Source: Eledone cirrhosa | Lineage: Eukaryota | Direction of reading: 5' to 3' | DNA length: 64,000 bases | NCBI GenBank assembly: GCA_964016885.1 | Contig: OZ024741.1 | Coordinates: 376,650,001-376,714,000 of the forward strand | Shown here: piece by piece, positions 1-15,000 of the stretch | Layout: each line of letters opens with the position of its first letter | How positions within the stretch are numbered: position 1 is the stretch's first letter | Notes under the pieces: model-generated | What the model was told of the DNA's origin: nothing | The model's database searches: none | The model's input: only the letters and a program-made list of their open reading frames with translations | Made by a program: the position numbers and the translations under genes

Positions 1-3000
1 TATATGTTATAGAATACTATTAGCTTCTCGCTAAAACAATCTCTATACCTCTCATTTATACTTATACTCGGATTCTTTTCCTAGAGTGCTTAAACCATCT
101 GTTACTAATCCCGTTTTTTTTAATAAACACTGATAATTATTGCTATTTGCTGAACTCCTTTTTTAGTGTTTTTTTCAGAATGTATTTGACTGCAATTTCT
201 TGTAAATAAACATTCACTTTCATCCTGACGTCACTAGCCCCGTTTTTCCTCATGTGTGTTTTCATATTCACGCATGATGGCGAACTAGCCAGTTTTAGAA
301 TTCCCTTTTCGGATTATAATACTGTGGTAGCCCTGGTTTCTGTTGAGCTCTGCTGACGATTGAAATCCAACCGAGACCATCTCCACTGAAAGTTTTTATG
401 AAATAGTCTTTCAAGACAATACAGAGCATTTGATGTTATTCCAAATTGAAGGATAAGTGTTTTAAACTTTATTTTATCATGAGTTAAAGGTCTATTGATT
501 TTTCCCTGGATTTCACTAAATTCTGTGGATGAATTTGTATCCTGATTCTCTTTTGAGATGAGTTTGAATTATTTTTCCTAAATCTTACGTTAACTACTTT
601 TCCCATCTTGACGTTATAGTCGCATATATGTTATAGAATACTATTAGCTTCTCGCTAAAACAATCTCTATACCTCTCATTTATACTTATACTCGGATTCT
701 TTTCCTAGAGTGCTTAAACCATCTGTTACTAATCCCGTTTTTTTTAATAAAAACTGATAATTATTGCTATTTGCTGAACTCCTTTTGTAGTGTTTTTTTC
801 AGAATGTATTTGACTGCAATTTCTTGTAAATAAACATTCACTTTCATCCTGACGTCACTAGCCCCGTTTTTCCTCATGTGTGTTTTCATATTCACGCATG
901 ATGGCGAACTAGCCAGTTTTAGAATTCCCTTTTCGGATTATCATACTGTGGTAGCCCTGGTTTCTGTTGAGCTCTGCTGACGATTGAAATCCAACCTAGA
1001 CCATCTCCACTGAAAGTTTTCATGAAATAGTCTTTTAAGACTATACAGAGCATATGACGTTATTCCAAATTGAAGGATAATTGTTTTAAAATTTATTTTA
1101 TCATGAGTTAAAGGTCTATTAATTTTTCCTTGGATTTCACTAAATTCTGTGGATGAATTTGTATCCTGATTCTCTTTTGAGATGAGTTTCAATTATTTTT
1201 CTTAAATCTTACGTTAACTACTTTTCCCATCTTGACGTTATAGTCGCATATATGTTATAGAATACTATTAGCTTCTCGCTAAAACAATCTCTATACCTCT
1301 CCTTTACACTTATACTCGGATTCTTTTCCTAGAGTGCTTAAACCATCTGTTACTAATCCCGTTTTTTTTAATAAAAACTGATAATTATTGCTATTTGCTG
1401 AACTCCTTTTGTAGAGTTTTTTTTTGACTGCTATTTCTTGTAAATAAACATTCACTTTCATCCTGACGTCACTAGCCCCGTTTTTCCTCATGTGTGTTTT
1501 CATATTCACGCATGATGGCGAACTAGCCAGTTTTAGAATTCCCTTTTCGGATTATAATACTGTGGTAGCCCTGGTTTCTGTTGAGCTCTGCTGATGATTG
1601 AAATCCAACCGTGACCATCTCCACTGAAAGTTTTCATGAAATAGTCTTTTAAGACTATACAGAGCATTTGATGTTATTCCAAATTGAAGGATAAGTGTTT
1701 TAAACTTTATTTTATCATGAGTTAAAGGTCTTTTGATTTTTCCCTGGATTTCACTAAATTCTGTGGATGAATTTGTATCCTGATTCTCTTTTGAGATGAG
1801 TTTGAATTATTTTTCTTAAATCTTACGTTAACTACTTTTCCCATCTTGACGTTATAGTCGCATATATGTTATAGAATACTATTAGCTTCTCGCTAAAACA
1901 ATCTCTATACCTCTCATTTATACTTACACTCGGATTCTTTTCCTAGAGTGCTTAAATTATCTGTGGCTAATCCCGATTTTTTAATAAAAACTGTGATAAT
2001 TATTGCTATTTGCTGAACTCCTTTTGTAGAGTTTTTTCAGAATGTATTTGACTGATATTTCTTGTAAATAAACATTCACTTTCATCCTGAAGTCACTAGC
2101 CCCGTTTTTCCTCATGTGTGTTTTCATATTCACGCATGATGGCGAACTAGCCAGTTTTAGAATTCCCTTTTCGGATTTTATTACTGTGGTAGCCCTCGTT
2201 TCTGTTGAGCTCTGCTGACGATTGAAATCCAACCGTGACCATCTCCACTGAAAGTTTTCATGAAATAGTCTTTTAAGACTATACAGAGCATTTGATGTTA
2301 TTCTAAATTGAAGGATAAGTGTTTTAAACTTTATTTTATCATGAGTTAAAGGTCTATTGATTTTACCCTGGAATTCACTAAATTCTGTGGATGAATTTGT
2401 ATCCTGATTCTCTTTTGAGATGAGTTTGAATTATTTTTCCTAAATCTTACGTTAACTACTTTTCCCATCTTGACGTTATAGTCGCATATATGTTATAGAA
2501 TACTATTAGCTTCTCGCTAAAACACCTCTATACCTCTCATTTATACTTATACTAGGATTCTTTTCGTAGAGTGCTTAAACTATCTGTGACTAATCCCATT
2601 TTTTTAATAAAAACTGTGATAATTATTGCTATATGCTGAACTCCTTTTGTAGAGTTTTTTTCAGAATGTATTTGACTGCTATTTCTTGTAAATAAACATT
2701 CACTTTCATCCTGACGTCACTAGCCCCGTTTTTCCTCATGTGTGTTTTCATATTCACGCATGATGGCGAACTAGCCAGTTTTAGAATTTCCCTTTTCGCA
2801 TTATAATACTGTGGTAGCCCTGGTTTCTGTTGAGCTCTGCTGACGATTGAAATCCAACCGTGACCATCTCCACTGAAAGTTTTCATGAAATAGTCTTTTA
2901 AGACTATACAGAGCATTTGATGTTATTCCAAATTGAAGGATAAGTGATTTAAACTTTATTTTATCATGAGTTAAAGGTCTATTGATTTTACCCTTGATTT

Positions 3001-6000
3001 CACTAAATTCTGTGGATGAATTTGTATCCTGATTCTCTTTTGAGATGAGTTTGAATTATTTTTCCTAAATCTTACGTTAACTACTTTTCCCATCTTGACG
3101 TTATAGTCGCATATATGTTATAGAATACTATTAGCTTCTCGCTAAAACAATCTCTATACCTCTCATTTATACTTATACTCGGATTATTTTCCTAGAGTGC
3201 TTAAACTATCTGTGACTAATCGCGGTTTTTTTATAAAAACTGTGATAATTATTGCTATTTGCTGAACTCCTTTTTTAGAGTTTTTTTCAGAATGTATTTG
3301 AATGCTATTTCTTGTAGATAAACATTAACTTTCATCCTGACGTCACTAGCCCCGTTTTTCCTCATGTGTGTTTTCATATTCACGCATGATGGCGAACAAG
3401 CCAGTTTTAGAATTCCCTTTTCGATTATAATACTGACGTAGCCCTGGTTTCTGTTGAGATCTGCTGACGATTGAAATCCGACCGTGACCATCTCCACTGA
3501 AAGTTTTCATGAAGTAGTCTTTTAAGAATATACAGAGCATTTGATGTTATTCCAAATTGAAGGATAAGTGATTTAAACTTTATTTTATCATGAGTTAAAG
3601 GTCTATTGATTTTTCCCTTGATTTCACTAAATTCTGTGGATGAATTTGTATCCTGATTCTCTTTTGAGATGAGTTTGAATTATTTTTCCTAAATCTTACG
3701 TTAACTACTTTTCCCATCTTGACGTTATAGCCACATATATGTTATATAATACTATTAGCTTCTCGCTAAAACAATCTCTATACCTCTCATTTATACTTAT
3801 ACTCGGATTCTTTTCCTAGAGTGCTTAAACTATCTGTGACTAATCCCGGTTTTTTTAATAAATACTGTGATAATTATTGCTATTTGCTGAACTACTTTTG
3901 TAGAGTTTTTTTCAGAATGTATTTGACTGCAATTTCTTGTAAATAAACATTCACTTTCATCCTGACGTCACGAGCCCCGTTTTTCCTCATGTGTGTTTTC
4001 AAATTCACGCATGATGGCGAACTAGCCAGTTTTAGAATTCCCTTTTCGATTATAATACTGTGGTAGCCCTAGTTTCTGTTGAGCTCTGCTGACGATTGAA
4101 ATCCAACCGTGACCATCTGCACTGAAAGTTTTCATGAAATAGTCTTTTAACACTATACAGAGCATTTGATGTTATTCCAAATTGAAGGATAAGTGTTTTA
4201 AACTTTATTTTATCATTAGTTAAAGGTCTATTGATTTTTCCCTGGATTTCACTAAATTCTGTGGATGAATTTGTATCCTGATTCTCTTTTGAGATGAGTT
4301 TGAATTATTTTTCCTAAATCTTACGTTAACTACTTTTCCCATCTTGACGTTATAGTCGCATATATGTTATAGAATACTATTAGCTTCTCGCTAAAACAAT
4401 CTCTATACCTCTCATTTATACTTATACTCGGATTCTTTTCCTAGAGTGCTTAAACCATCTGTTACTAATCCCGTTTTTTTTATAAAAACTGTGATAATTA
4501 TTGCTATTTGCTGAACTCCTTTTGTAGAGTTTTTTTCAGAATGTATTTGACTGCTATTTCTTGTAAATAAACATTCACTTTTATCCTGACGTCACTGGCC
4601 CCGTTTTTCCTCATGTGTGTTTTCATATTCACGAATGATGGCGAACTAGCCAGTTTTAGAATTCCCTTTTCGGATTATAATACTGTGGTAGCCCTGGTTT
4701 CTGTTGAGCTCTGCTGACTATTGAAATCCAACCGAGACCATCTCCACTGAAAGTTTTCATGAAATAGTCTTTTAAGACTATACAGAGCATTTGATGTTAT
4801 TCCAAATTGAAGGATAAGTGTTTTAAACTTTATTTTATCATGAGTTTAAGGTCTATTGATTTTTCACTGGATTTCACTAAATTCTGTGGATGAATTTTCA
4901 TCCTGATTCTCTTTTGAGATGAGTTTGAATTATTTTTCCTAAATCTTACGTTAACTACTTTTCCCATCTTGACGTTATAGTCGCATATATGTTATAGAAT
5001 ACTATTAGCTTCTCGCTAAAACAATCTCTATACCTCTCATTTATACTTATACTCGGATTCTTTTCCTAGAGTGCTTAAACCATCTGTTACTAATCCCGTT
5101 TTTTTAATAAACACTGATAATTATTGCTATTTGCTGAACTCCTTTTGTAGTGTTTTTTTCAGAATGTATTTGACTGCAATTTCTTGTAAATAAACATTCA
5201 CTTTCATCCTGACGTCACTAGCCCCGTTTTTCCTCATGTGTGTTTTCAAATTCACGCATGATGGCGAACTAGCCAGTTTTAGAATTCCGTTTTCGATTAT
5301 AATACTGTGGTAGCCCTAGATTCTGTTGAGCTCTGCTGACGATTGAAATCCAACCGTGACCATCTCCACTGAAAGTTTTCATGAAATAGTCTTTTAAGAC
5401 TATACAGAGCATTTGATGTTATTCCAAATTGAAGGATAAGTGTTTTAAAATTTATTTTATCATGAGTTAAAGGTCTATTAATTTTTCCTTGGATTTCACT
5501 AAATTCTGTGGATGAATTTGTATCCTGATTCTCTTTTGAGATGAGTTTCAATTATTTTTCTTAAATCTTACGTTAACTACTTTTCCCATCTTGACGTTAT
5601 AGTCGCATATATGTTATAGAATACTATTAGCTTCTCGCTAAAACAATCTCTATACCTCTCCTTTACACTTATACTCTGATTCTTTTCCTAGAGTGCTTAA
5701 ACCATCTGTTACTAATCCCGTTTTTTTTAATAAAAACTGATAATTATTGCTATTTGCTGAACTCCTTTTGTAGAGTTTTTTTTGACTGCTATTTCTTGTA
5801 AATAAACATTCACTTTCATCCTGACGTCACTAGCCCCGTTTTTCCTCATGTGTGTTTTCATATTCACGCATGATGGCGAACTAGCCAGTTTTAGAATTCC
5901 CTTTTCGGATTATAATACTGTGGTAGCCCTGGTTTCTGTTGAGCTCTGCTGATGATTGAAATCCAACCGTGACCATCTCCACTGAAAGTTTTCCTGAAAT

Positions 6001-9000
6001 AGTCTTTTAAGACCATACAGAGCATTTGATGTTATTCCAAATTGAAGGATAAGTGTTTTAAACTTTTTTTTATCATGAGTTAAAGGTCTTTTGATTTTTC
6101 CCTGGATTTCACTAAATTCTGTGGATGAATTTGTATCCTGATTCTCTTTTGAGATGAGTTTGAATTATTTTTCTTAAATCTTACGTTAACTACTTTTCCC
6201 ATCTTGACGTTATAGTCGCATATATGTTATAGAATACTATTAGCTTCTCGCTAAAACAATCTCTATACCTCTCATTTATACTTACACTCGGATTCTTTTC
6301 CTAGAGTGCTTAAACTATCTGTGACTAATCCCGATTTTTTAATAAAAACTGTGATAATTATAGCTATTTGCTGAACTCCTTTTGTAGAGTTTTTTCAGAA
6401 TGTATATGACTGATATTTCTTGTAAATAAACATTCACTTTCATCCTGACGTCACTAGCCCCGTTTTTCCTCATGTGTGTTTTCATATTCACGCATGATGG
6501 CGAACTAGCCAGTTTTAGAATTCCCTTTTCGGATTTTATTACTGTGGTAGCCCTCGTTTCTGTTGAGCTCTGCTAACGATTGAAATCCAACCGTGACCAT
6601 CTCCACTGAAAGTTTTCATGAAATAGTCTTTTAAGACTATACAGAGCATTTGATGTTATTCTAAATTGAAGGATAAGTGTTTTAAACTTTATTTTATCAT
6701 GAGTTAAAGGTCTATTGATTTTACCCTGGATTTCACTAAATTCTGTGGATGAATTTGTATCCTGATTCTCTTTTGAGATGAGTTTGAATTATTTTTCCTA
6801 AATCTTACGTTAACTACTTTTCCCATCTTGACGTTATAGTCGCATATATGTTATAGAATACTATTAGCTTCTCGCTAAAACACCTCTATACCTCTCATTT
6901 ATACTTATACTAGGATTCTTTTCGTAGAGTGCTTAAACTATCTGTGACTAATCCCATTTTTTTAATAAAAACTGTGATAATTATTGCTATATGCTGAACT
7001 CCTTTTGTAGAGTTTTTTTCAGAATGTATTTGACTGCTATTTCTTGTAAATAAACATTCACTTTCATCCTGACGTCACTAGCCCCGTTTTTCCTCGTGTG
7101 TGTTTTCATATTCACACATGATGGCGAACTAGCCAGTTTTAGAATTCCCTTTTCGGATTTTAATACTGTGGTCGCCCTGGTTTCTGTTGAGCTCTGCTGA
7201 CGATTGAAATCCAACCGTGACCATCTCCACTGAAAGTTTTCATGAAATAGTCTTTTAAGACTATACAGAGCATTTGATGTTATTCCAAATTGAAGGATAA
7301 GTGTTTTAAACTTTATTTTATCATGAGTTAAAGGTCTATTGATTTTTCCCTGGATTTCACTAAATTCTGTGGATGAATTTGTATCCTGATTCTCTTTTGA
7401 GATGAGTTTGAATTATTTTTCCTAAATCTTACGTTAACTACTTTTCCCATCTTGACGTTATAGTCGCATATATGTTATAGAATACTATTAGCTTCTCGCT
7501 AAAACAATCTCTATACCTCTCATTTATACTTATACTCGGATTCTTTTCCTAGAGTGCTTAAACCATCTGTTACTAATCCCGTTTTTTTTATAAAAACTGT
7601 GATAATTATTGCTATTTGCTGAACTCCTTTTGTAGAGTTTTTTTCAGAATGTATTTGACTGCTATTTCTTGTAAATAAACATTCACTTTTATCCTGACGT
7701 CACTGGCCCCGTTTTTCCTCATGTGTGTTTTCATATTCACACATGATGGCGAACTAGCCAGTTTTAGAATTCCCTTTTCGGATTATAATACTGTGGTAGC
7801 CCTGGTTTCTGTTGAGCTCTGCTGACTATTGAAATCCAACCGAGACCATCTCCACTAAAAGTTTTCATGAAATAGTCTTTTAAGACTATACAGAGCATTT
7901 GATGTTATTCCAAATTGAAGGATAAGTGTTTTAAACTTTATTTTATCATGAGTTAAAGGTCTATTGATTTTTCACTGGATTTCACTAAATTCTGTGGATG
8001 AATTTTTATCCTGATTCTCTTTTGAGATGAGTTTGAATTATTTTTCCTAAATCTTACGTTAACTACTTTTCCCATCTTGACGTTATAGTCGCATATATGT
8101 TATAGAATACTATTAGCTTCTCGCTAAAACAATCTCTATACCTCTCATTTATACTTATACTCGGATTCTTTTCCTAGAGTGCTTAAACCATCTGTTACTA
8201 ATCCCGTTTTTTTAATAAACACTGATAATTATTGCTATTTGCTGAACTCCTTTTGTAGTGTTTTTTTCAGAATGTATTTGACTGCAATTTCTTGTAAATA
8301 AACATTCACTTTCATCCTGACGTCACTAGCCCCGTTTTTCCTCATGTGTGTTTTCAAATTCACGCATGATGGCGAACTAGCCAGTTTTAGAATTCCCTTT
8401 TCGATTATAATACTGTGGTAGCCCTAGATTCTGTTGAGCTCTGCTGACGATTGAAATCCAACCGTGACCATCTCCACTGAAAGTTTTCATGAAATAGTCT
8501 TTTAAGACTATACAGAGCATTTGATGTTATTCCAAATTGAAGGATAAGTGTTTTAAACTTTATTTTATCATGAGTTAAAGGTCTATTGATTTTTCCCTGG
8601 ATTTCACTAAATTCTGTGGATGAATTTGTATCCTGATTCTCTTTTGAGATGAGTTTGAATTATTTTTCCTAAATCTTACGTTAACTACTTTTCCAATCTT
8701 GACGTTATAGTCGCATATATGTTATAGAATACTATTAGCTTCTCGCTAAAACAATCTCTATACCTCTCATTTATACTTATAATCGGATTCTTTTCCTAGA
8801 GTGCTTAAACCATCTGTTACTAATCCCGTTTTTTTAAATAAAAACTGATAATTATTGCTATTTGCTGAACTCCTTTTGTAGTGTTTTTTTCAGAATGTAT
8901 TTGACTGCAATTTCTTGTAAATAAACATTCACTTTCATCCTGACGTCACTAGCCCCGTTTTTCCTCATGTGTGTTTTCAAATTCACGCATGATGGCGAAC

Positions 9001-12000
9001 TAGCCAGTTTTAGAATTCCCTTTTCGATTATAATACTGTGGTAGCCCTAGATTCTGTTGAGCTCTGCTGACGATTGAAATCCAACCGTGACCATCTCCAC
9101 TGAAAGTTTTCATGAAATAGTCTTTTAAGACTATACAGAGCATTTGATGTTATTCCAAATTGAAGGATAAGTGTTTTAAACTTTATTTTATCATGAGTTA
9201 AAGGTCTATTAATTTTTCCCTGGATTTCACTAAATTCTGTGGATGAATTTGTATCCTGATTCTCTTTTGAGATGAGTTTGAATTATTTTTCCTAAATTTT
9301 ACGTCAACTACTTTTCCCATCTTGACGTTATAGTCGCATATATGTTATAGAATACTATTAGCTTCTCGCTAAAACAATCTCTATACCTCTCATTTATACT
9401 TATACTTGGATTCTTTTCGTAGAGTGCTTAAACTATCTGTGACTAATCCCGTTTTTTTTATAAAAACTGTGATAATTATTGCTATTTACTGAACTCCTTT
9501 TGTAGAGTTTTTTTCAGAATGTATTTGACTGCTATTTCTTGTAAATAAACATTCACTTTCATCCTGACGTCACTGGCCCCGTTTTTCCTCATGTGTGTTT
9601 TCATATTCACCCATGATGGCGAACTAGCCAGTTTTAGAATTCCCTTTTCGGATTATCATACTGTGGTAGCCCTGGTTTCTGTTGAGCTCTGCTGACGATT
9701 GAAATCCAACCTAGACCATCTCCACTGAAAGTTTTCATGAAATAGTCTTTTAAGACTATACAGAGCATATGACGTTATTCCAAATTGAAGGATAAGTGTT
9801 TTAAAATTTATTTTATCATGAGTTAAAGGTCTATTAATTTTTCCTTGGATTTCACTAAATTCTGTGGATGAATTTGTATCCTGATTCTCTTTTGAGATGA
9901 GTTTCAATTATTTTTCTTAAATCTTACGTTAACTACTTTTCCCATCTTGACGTTATAGTCGCATATATGTTATAGAATACTATTAGCTTCTCGCTAAAAC
10001 AATCTCTATACCTCTCATTTATACTTACACTCGGATTCTTTTCCTAGAGTGCTTAAACTATCTGTGACTAATCCCGATTTTTTAATAAAAACTGTGATAA
10101 TTATTGCTATTTGCTGAACTCCTTTTGTAGAGTTTTTTCAGAATGTATTTGACTGATATTTCTTGTAAATAAACATTCACTTTCATCCTGACGTCACTAG
10201 CCCCGTTTTTCCTCATGTGTGTTTTCATATTCACGCATGATGGCGAACTAGCCAGTTTTAGAATTCCCTTTTCGGATTTTATTACTGTGGTAGCCCTCGT
10301 TTCTGTTGAGCTCTGCTAACGATTGAAATCCAACCGTGACCATCTCCACTGAAAGTTTTCATGAAATAGTCTTTTAAGACTATACAGAGCATTTGATGTT
10401 ATTCTAAATTGAAGGATAAGTGTTTTAAACTTTATTTTATCATGAGTTAAAGGTCTATTGATTTTACCCTGGATTTCACTAAATTCTGTGGATGAATTTG
10501 TATCCTGATTCTCTTTTGAGATGAGTTTGAATTATTTTTCCTAAATCTTACGTTAACTACTTTTCCCATCTTGACGTTATAGTCGCATATATGTTATAGA
10601 ATACTATTAGCTTCTCGCTAAAACACCTCTATACCTCTCATTTATACTTATACTAGGATTCTTTTCGTAGAGTGCTTAAACTATCTGTGACTAATCCCAT
10701 TTTTTTAATAAAAACTGTGATAATTATTGCTATATGATGAACTCCTTTTGTAGAGTTTTTTTCAGAATGTATTTGACTGCTATTTCTTGTAAATAAACAT
10801 TCACTTTCATCCTGACGTCACTAGCCCCGTTTTTCCTCGTGTGTGTTTTCATATTCACACATGATGGCGAACTAGCCAGTTTTAGAATTCCCTTTTCGGA
10901 TTTTAATACTGTGGTCGCCCTGGTTTCTGTTGAGCTCTGCTGACGATTGAAATCCAACCGTGACCATCTCCACTGAAAGTTTTCATGAAATAGTCTTTTA
11001 AGACTATACAGAGCATTTGATGTTATTCCAAATTGAAGGATAAGTGTTTTAAACTTTATTTTATCATGAGTTAAAGGTCTATTGATTTTACCCTGGATTT
11101 CACTAAATTCTGTGGATGAATTTGTATCCTGATTCTCTTTTGAGATGAGTTTGAATTATTTTTCCTAAAGCTTACGTTAACTAATTTTCCCATCTTGACG
11201 TTATAGTCGCATATATGTTATAGAATACTATTAGCTTCTCGCTAAATCAACCTCTATACTTCTCATTTATACTTATACTCGGATTCTTTTTCTAGAGTGG
11301 TTAAACTATCTGTGATTAATCCCGGTTTTTTTATAAAAACTGTGATAATTATTGCTATTTGCTGAACTCCTTTTGTAGAGTTTTTTTTCAGAATTTATTT
11401 GACTGCTATTTCTTGTAAATAAACATTCACTTTCATCCTGACGTCACTAGCCCCGTTTTTCCTCATGTGTGTTTTCATATTCACGCATGATGGCGAACTA
11501 GCCAGTTTTAGAATTCCCTTTTCGGATTATAATACTGACGTAGCCCTGGTTTCTGTTGAGCTCTGCTGACGATTGAAATCCAACCGTGACCATCTCCACT
11601 GAAAGTTTTCATGAAATAGTCTTTTAAGACTATACAGAGCATTTGATGTTATTCCAAATTGAAGGATAAGTGTTTTAAACTTTATTTTATCATGAGTTAA
11701 AGGTCTATTGATTTTACCCTGGATTTCACTAAATTCTGTGGATGAATTTGTATCCTGATTCTCTTTTGAGATGAGTTTGAATTATTTTTCCTAAATCTTA
11801 CGTTAACTACTTTTCCCATCTTGACGTTATAGTCGAATATATATTATAGAATACTATTAGCTTCTCGCTAAAACAATCTCTATACCTCTCATTTATACTT
11901 ACACTCGGATTCTTTTCCTAGAGTGCTTAAACTATCTGTGACTAATCCCGATTTTTTAATAAAAACTGTGATAATTATTGCTATTTGCTGAACTCCTTTT

Positions 12001-15000
12001 GTAGAGTTTTTTCAGAATGTATTTGACTGATATTTCTTGTAAATAAACATTCACTTTCATCCTGACGTCACTAGCCCCGTTTTTCCTCATGTGTGTTTTC
12101 ATATTCACGCATGATGGCGAACTAGCCAGTTTTAGAATTCCCTTTTCGGATTTTATTACTGTGGTAGCCCTCGTTTCTGTTGAGCTCTGCTAACGATTGA
12201 AATCCAACCGTGACCATCTCCACTGAAAGTTTTCATGAAATAGTCTTTTAAGACTATACAGAGCATTTGATGTTATTCTAAATTGAAGGATAAGTGTTTT
12301 AAACTTTATTTTATCATGAGTTAAAGGTCTATTGATTTTACCCTGGACTTCACTAAATTCTGTGGATGAATTTGTATCCTGATTCTCTTTTGAGATGAGT
12401 TTGAATTATTTTTCCTAAATCTTACGTTAACTACTTTTCCCATCTTGACGTTATAGTCGCATATATGTTATAGAATACTATTAGCTTCTCGCTAAAACAC
12501 CTCTATACCTCTCATTTATACTTATACTAGGATTCTTTTCGTAGAGTGCTTAAACTATCTGTGACTAATCCCATTTTTTTAATAAAAACTGTGATAATTA
12601 TTGCTATATGCTGAACTCCTTTTGTAGAGTTTTTTTCAGAATGTATTTGACTGCTATTTCTTGTAAATAAACATTCACTTTCATCCTGACGTCACTAGCC
12701 CCGTTTTTCCTCGTGTGTGTTTTCATATTCACACATGATGGCGAACTAGCCAGTTTTAGAATTCCCTTTTCGGATTTTAATACTGTGGTCGCCCTGGTTT
12801 CTGTTGAGCTCTGCTGACGATTGAAATCCAACCGTGACCATCTCCACTGAAAGTTTTCATGAAATAGTCTTTTAAGACTATACAGAGCATTTGATGTTAT
12901 TCCAAATTGAAGGATAAGTGTTTTAAACTTTATTTTATCATGAGTTAAAGGTCTATTGATTTTACCCTGGATTTCACTAAATTCTGTGGATGAATTTGTA
13001 TCCTGATTCTCTTTTGAGATGAGTTTGAATTATTTTTCCTAAAGCTTACGTTAACTAATTTTCCCATCTTGACGTTATAGTCGCATATATGTTATAGAAT
13101 ACTATTAGCTTCTCGCTAAATCAACCTCTATACTTCTCATTTATACTTATACTCGGATTCTTTTTCTAGAGTGGTTAAACTATCTGTGATTAATCCCGGT
13201 TTTTTTATAAAAACTGTGATAATTATTGCTATTTGCTGAACTCCTTTTGTAGAGTTTTTTTTCAGAATGTATTTGACTGCTATTTCTTGTAAATAAACAT
13301 TCACTTTCATCCTGACGTCACTAGCCCCGTTTTTCCTCATGTGTGTTTTCATATTCACGCATGATGGCGAACTAGCCAGTTTTAGAATTCCCTTTTCGGA
13401 TTATAATACTGACGTAGCCCTGGTTTCTGTTGAGCTCTGCTGACGATTGAAATCCAACCGTGACCATCTCCACTGAAAGTTTTCATGAAATAGTCTTTTA
13501 AGACTATACAGAGCATTTGATGTTATTCCAAATTGAAGGATAAGTGTTTTAAACTTTATTTTATCATGAGTTAAAGGTCTATTGATTTTACCCTGGATTT
13601 CACTAAATTCTGTGGATGAATTTGTATCCTGATTCTCTTTTGAGATGAGTTTGAATTATTTTTCCTAAATCTTACGTTAACTACTTTTCCCATCTTGACG
13701 TTATAGTCGCATATATATTATAGAATACTATTAGCTTCTCGCTAAAACAATCTCTATACCTCTCATTTATACTTACACTCGGATTCTTTTCCTAGAGTGC
13801 TTAAACTATCTGTGACTAATCCTGGTTTTTTATTAAAAACTGTGATAATTATTGCTATTTGCCGAACTCCTTTTGTAGAGTTTTTTTCAGAATGTATTTG
13901 ACTGCTATTTCTTGAAAATAAACATTCACTTTCATCCTGACGTCACTAGCCCCGTTATTCCTTATGTGTGTTTTCATATTCACGCATGATGGCGAACTAG
14001 CCAGTTTTAGAATTCCCTTTTCGGATTTTATTACTGTGGTAGCCCTGGTTTCTGTTGTGCTCTGCTGACGATTGAAATCGAACCCTGACCTCTCCACTGA
14101 AAGTTTTCATGAAATAGTCTTTTAAGTCTATACAGAGCATTTGATGTTATTCCAAATTGAAGGATAAGTGTTTTAAACTTTATTTTATCATGAGTTAAAG
14201 GTCCCTTGATTTTTCCCTGGATTTCACTAAATTCTGTGGATGAATTTGTATCCTGATTCTCTTTTGAGATGAGTTTGAATTATTTTTCCTAAATCTTACG
14301 TTAACTACTTTTCCCATCTTGACGTTATAGTCGCATATATGTTATAGAATACTATTAGCTTCTCGCTAAAACAATCTCTATACCTCTCATTTATACTTAT
14401 ACTCGGATTCTTTTCCTAGAGTTCTTAAACTATCTGTGACTAATCCCGGTTTTTTAATAAAAACTGATATTTATTGCTATTTGCTGAACTCCTTTTGTAG
14501 AGTTTTTTTCAGAATGAATTTGACTGCTATTTCTTGTAAATAAACATTCACTTTCATCCTGACGTCACTAGCCCCGTTTTTCCTCATGTGTGTTTTCATA
14601 TTCACGCATGATGGCGAACTAGCCAGTTTTAGAATTCCCTTTTCGGATTATAATACTGACGTAGCCCTGGTTTCTGTTGAGCTCTGCTGACGATTGAAAT
14701 CCAACCGAGACCATCTCCACTGAAAGTTTTCATGAAACAGTCTTTTAAGACTATGCAGAGCATTTGATGTTATTCCAAATTGAAGGATAAGTGTTTTAAA
14801 TTTTATTTTATCATGATTTAAAGGTCTATTAATTTTTCCCTGGATTTTACTAAATTCTGTGGATGAATTTGTATCCTGATTCTCTTTTGAGATGAGTTTG
14901 AATTATTTTTCCTAAATCTTACGTTAACTGCTTTTCCCATCTTGACGTTATAGTCGCCTATAGGTTATAGAATACTATTAGCTTCTCGCTAAATCAATCT

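Noticed and set aside
985-1139. TGAAATCCA/TGGATTTCA pairing that could sequester hammerhead stem II
   Set aside because: A 9-bp inverted match is expected by chance in an AT-rich 624-bp unit.
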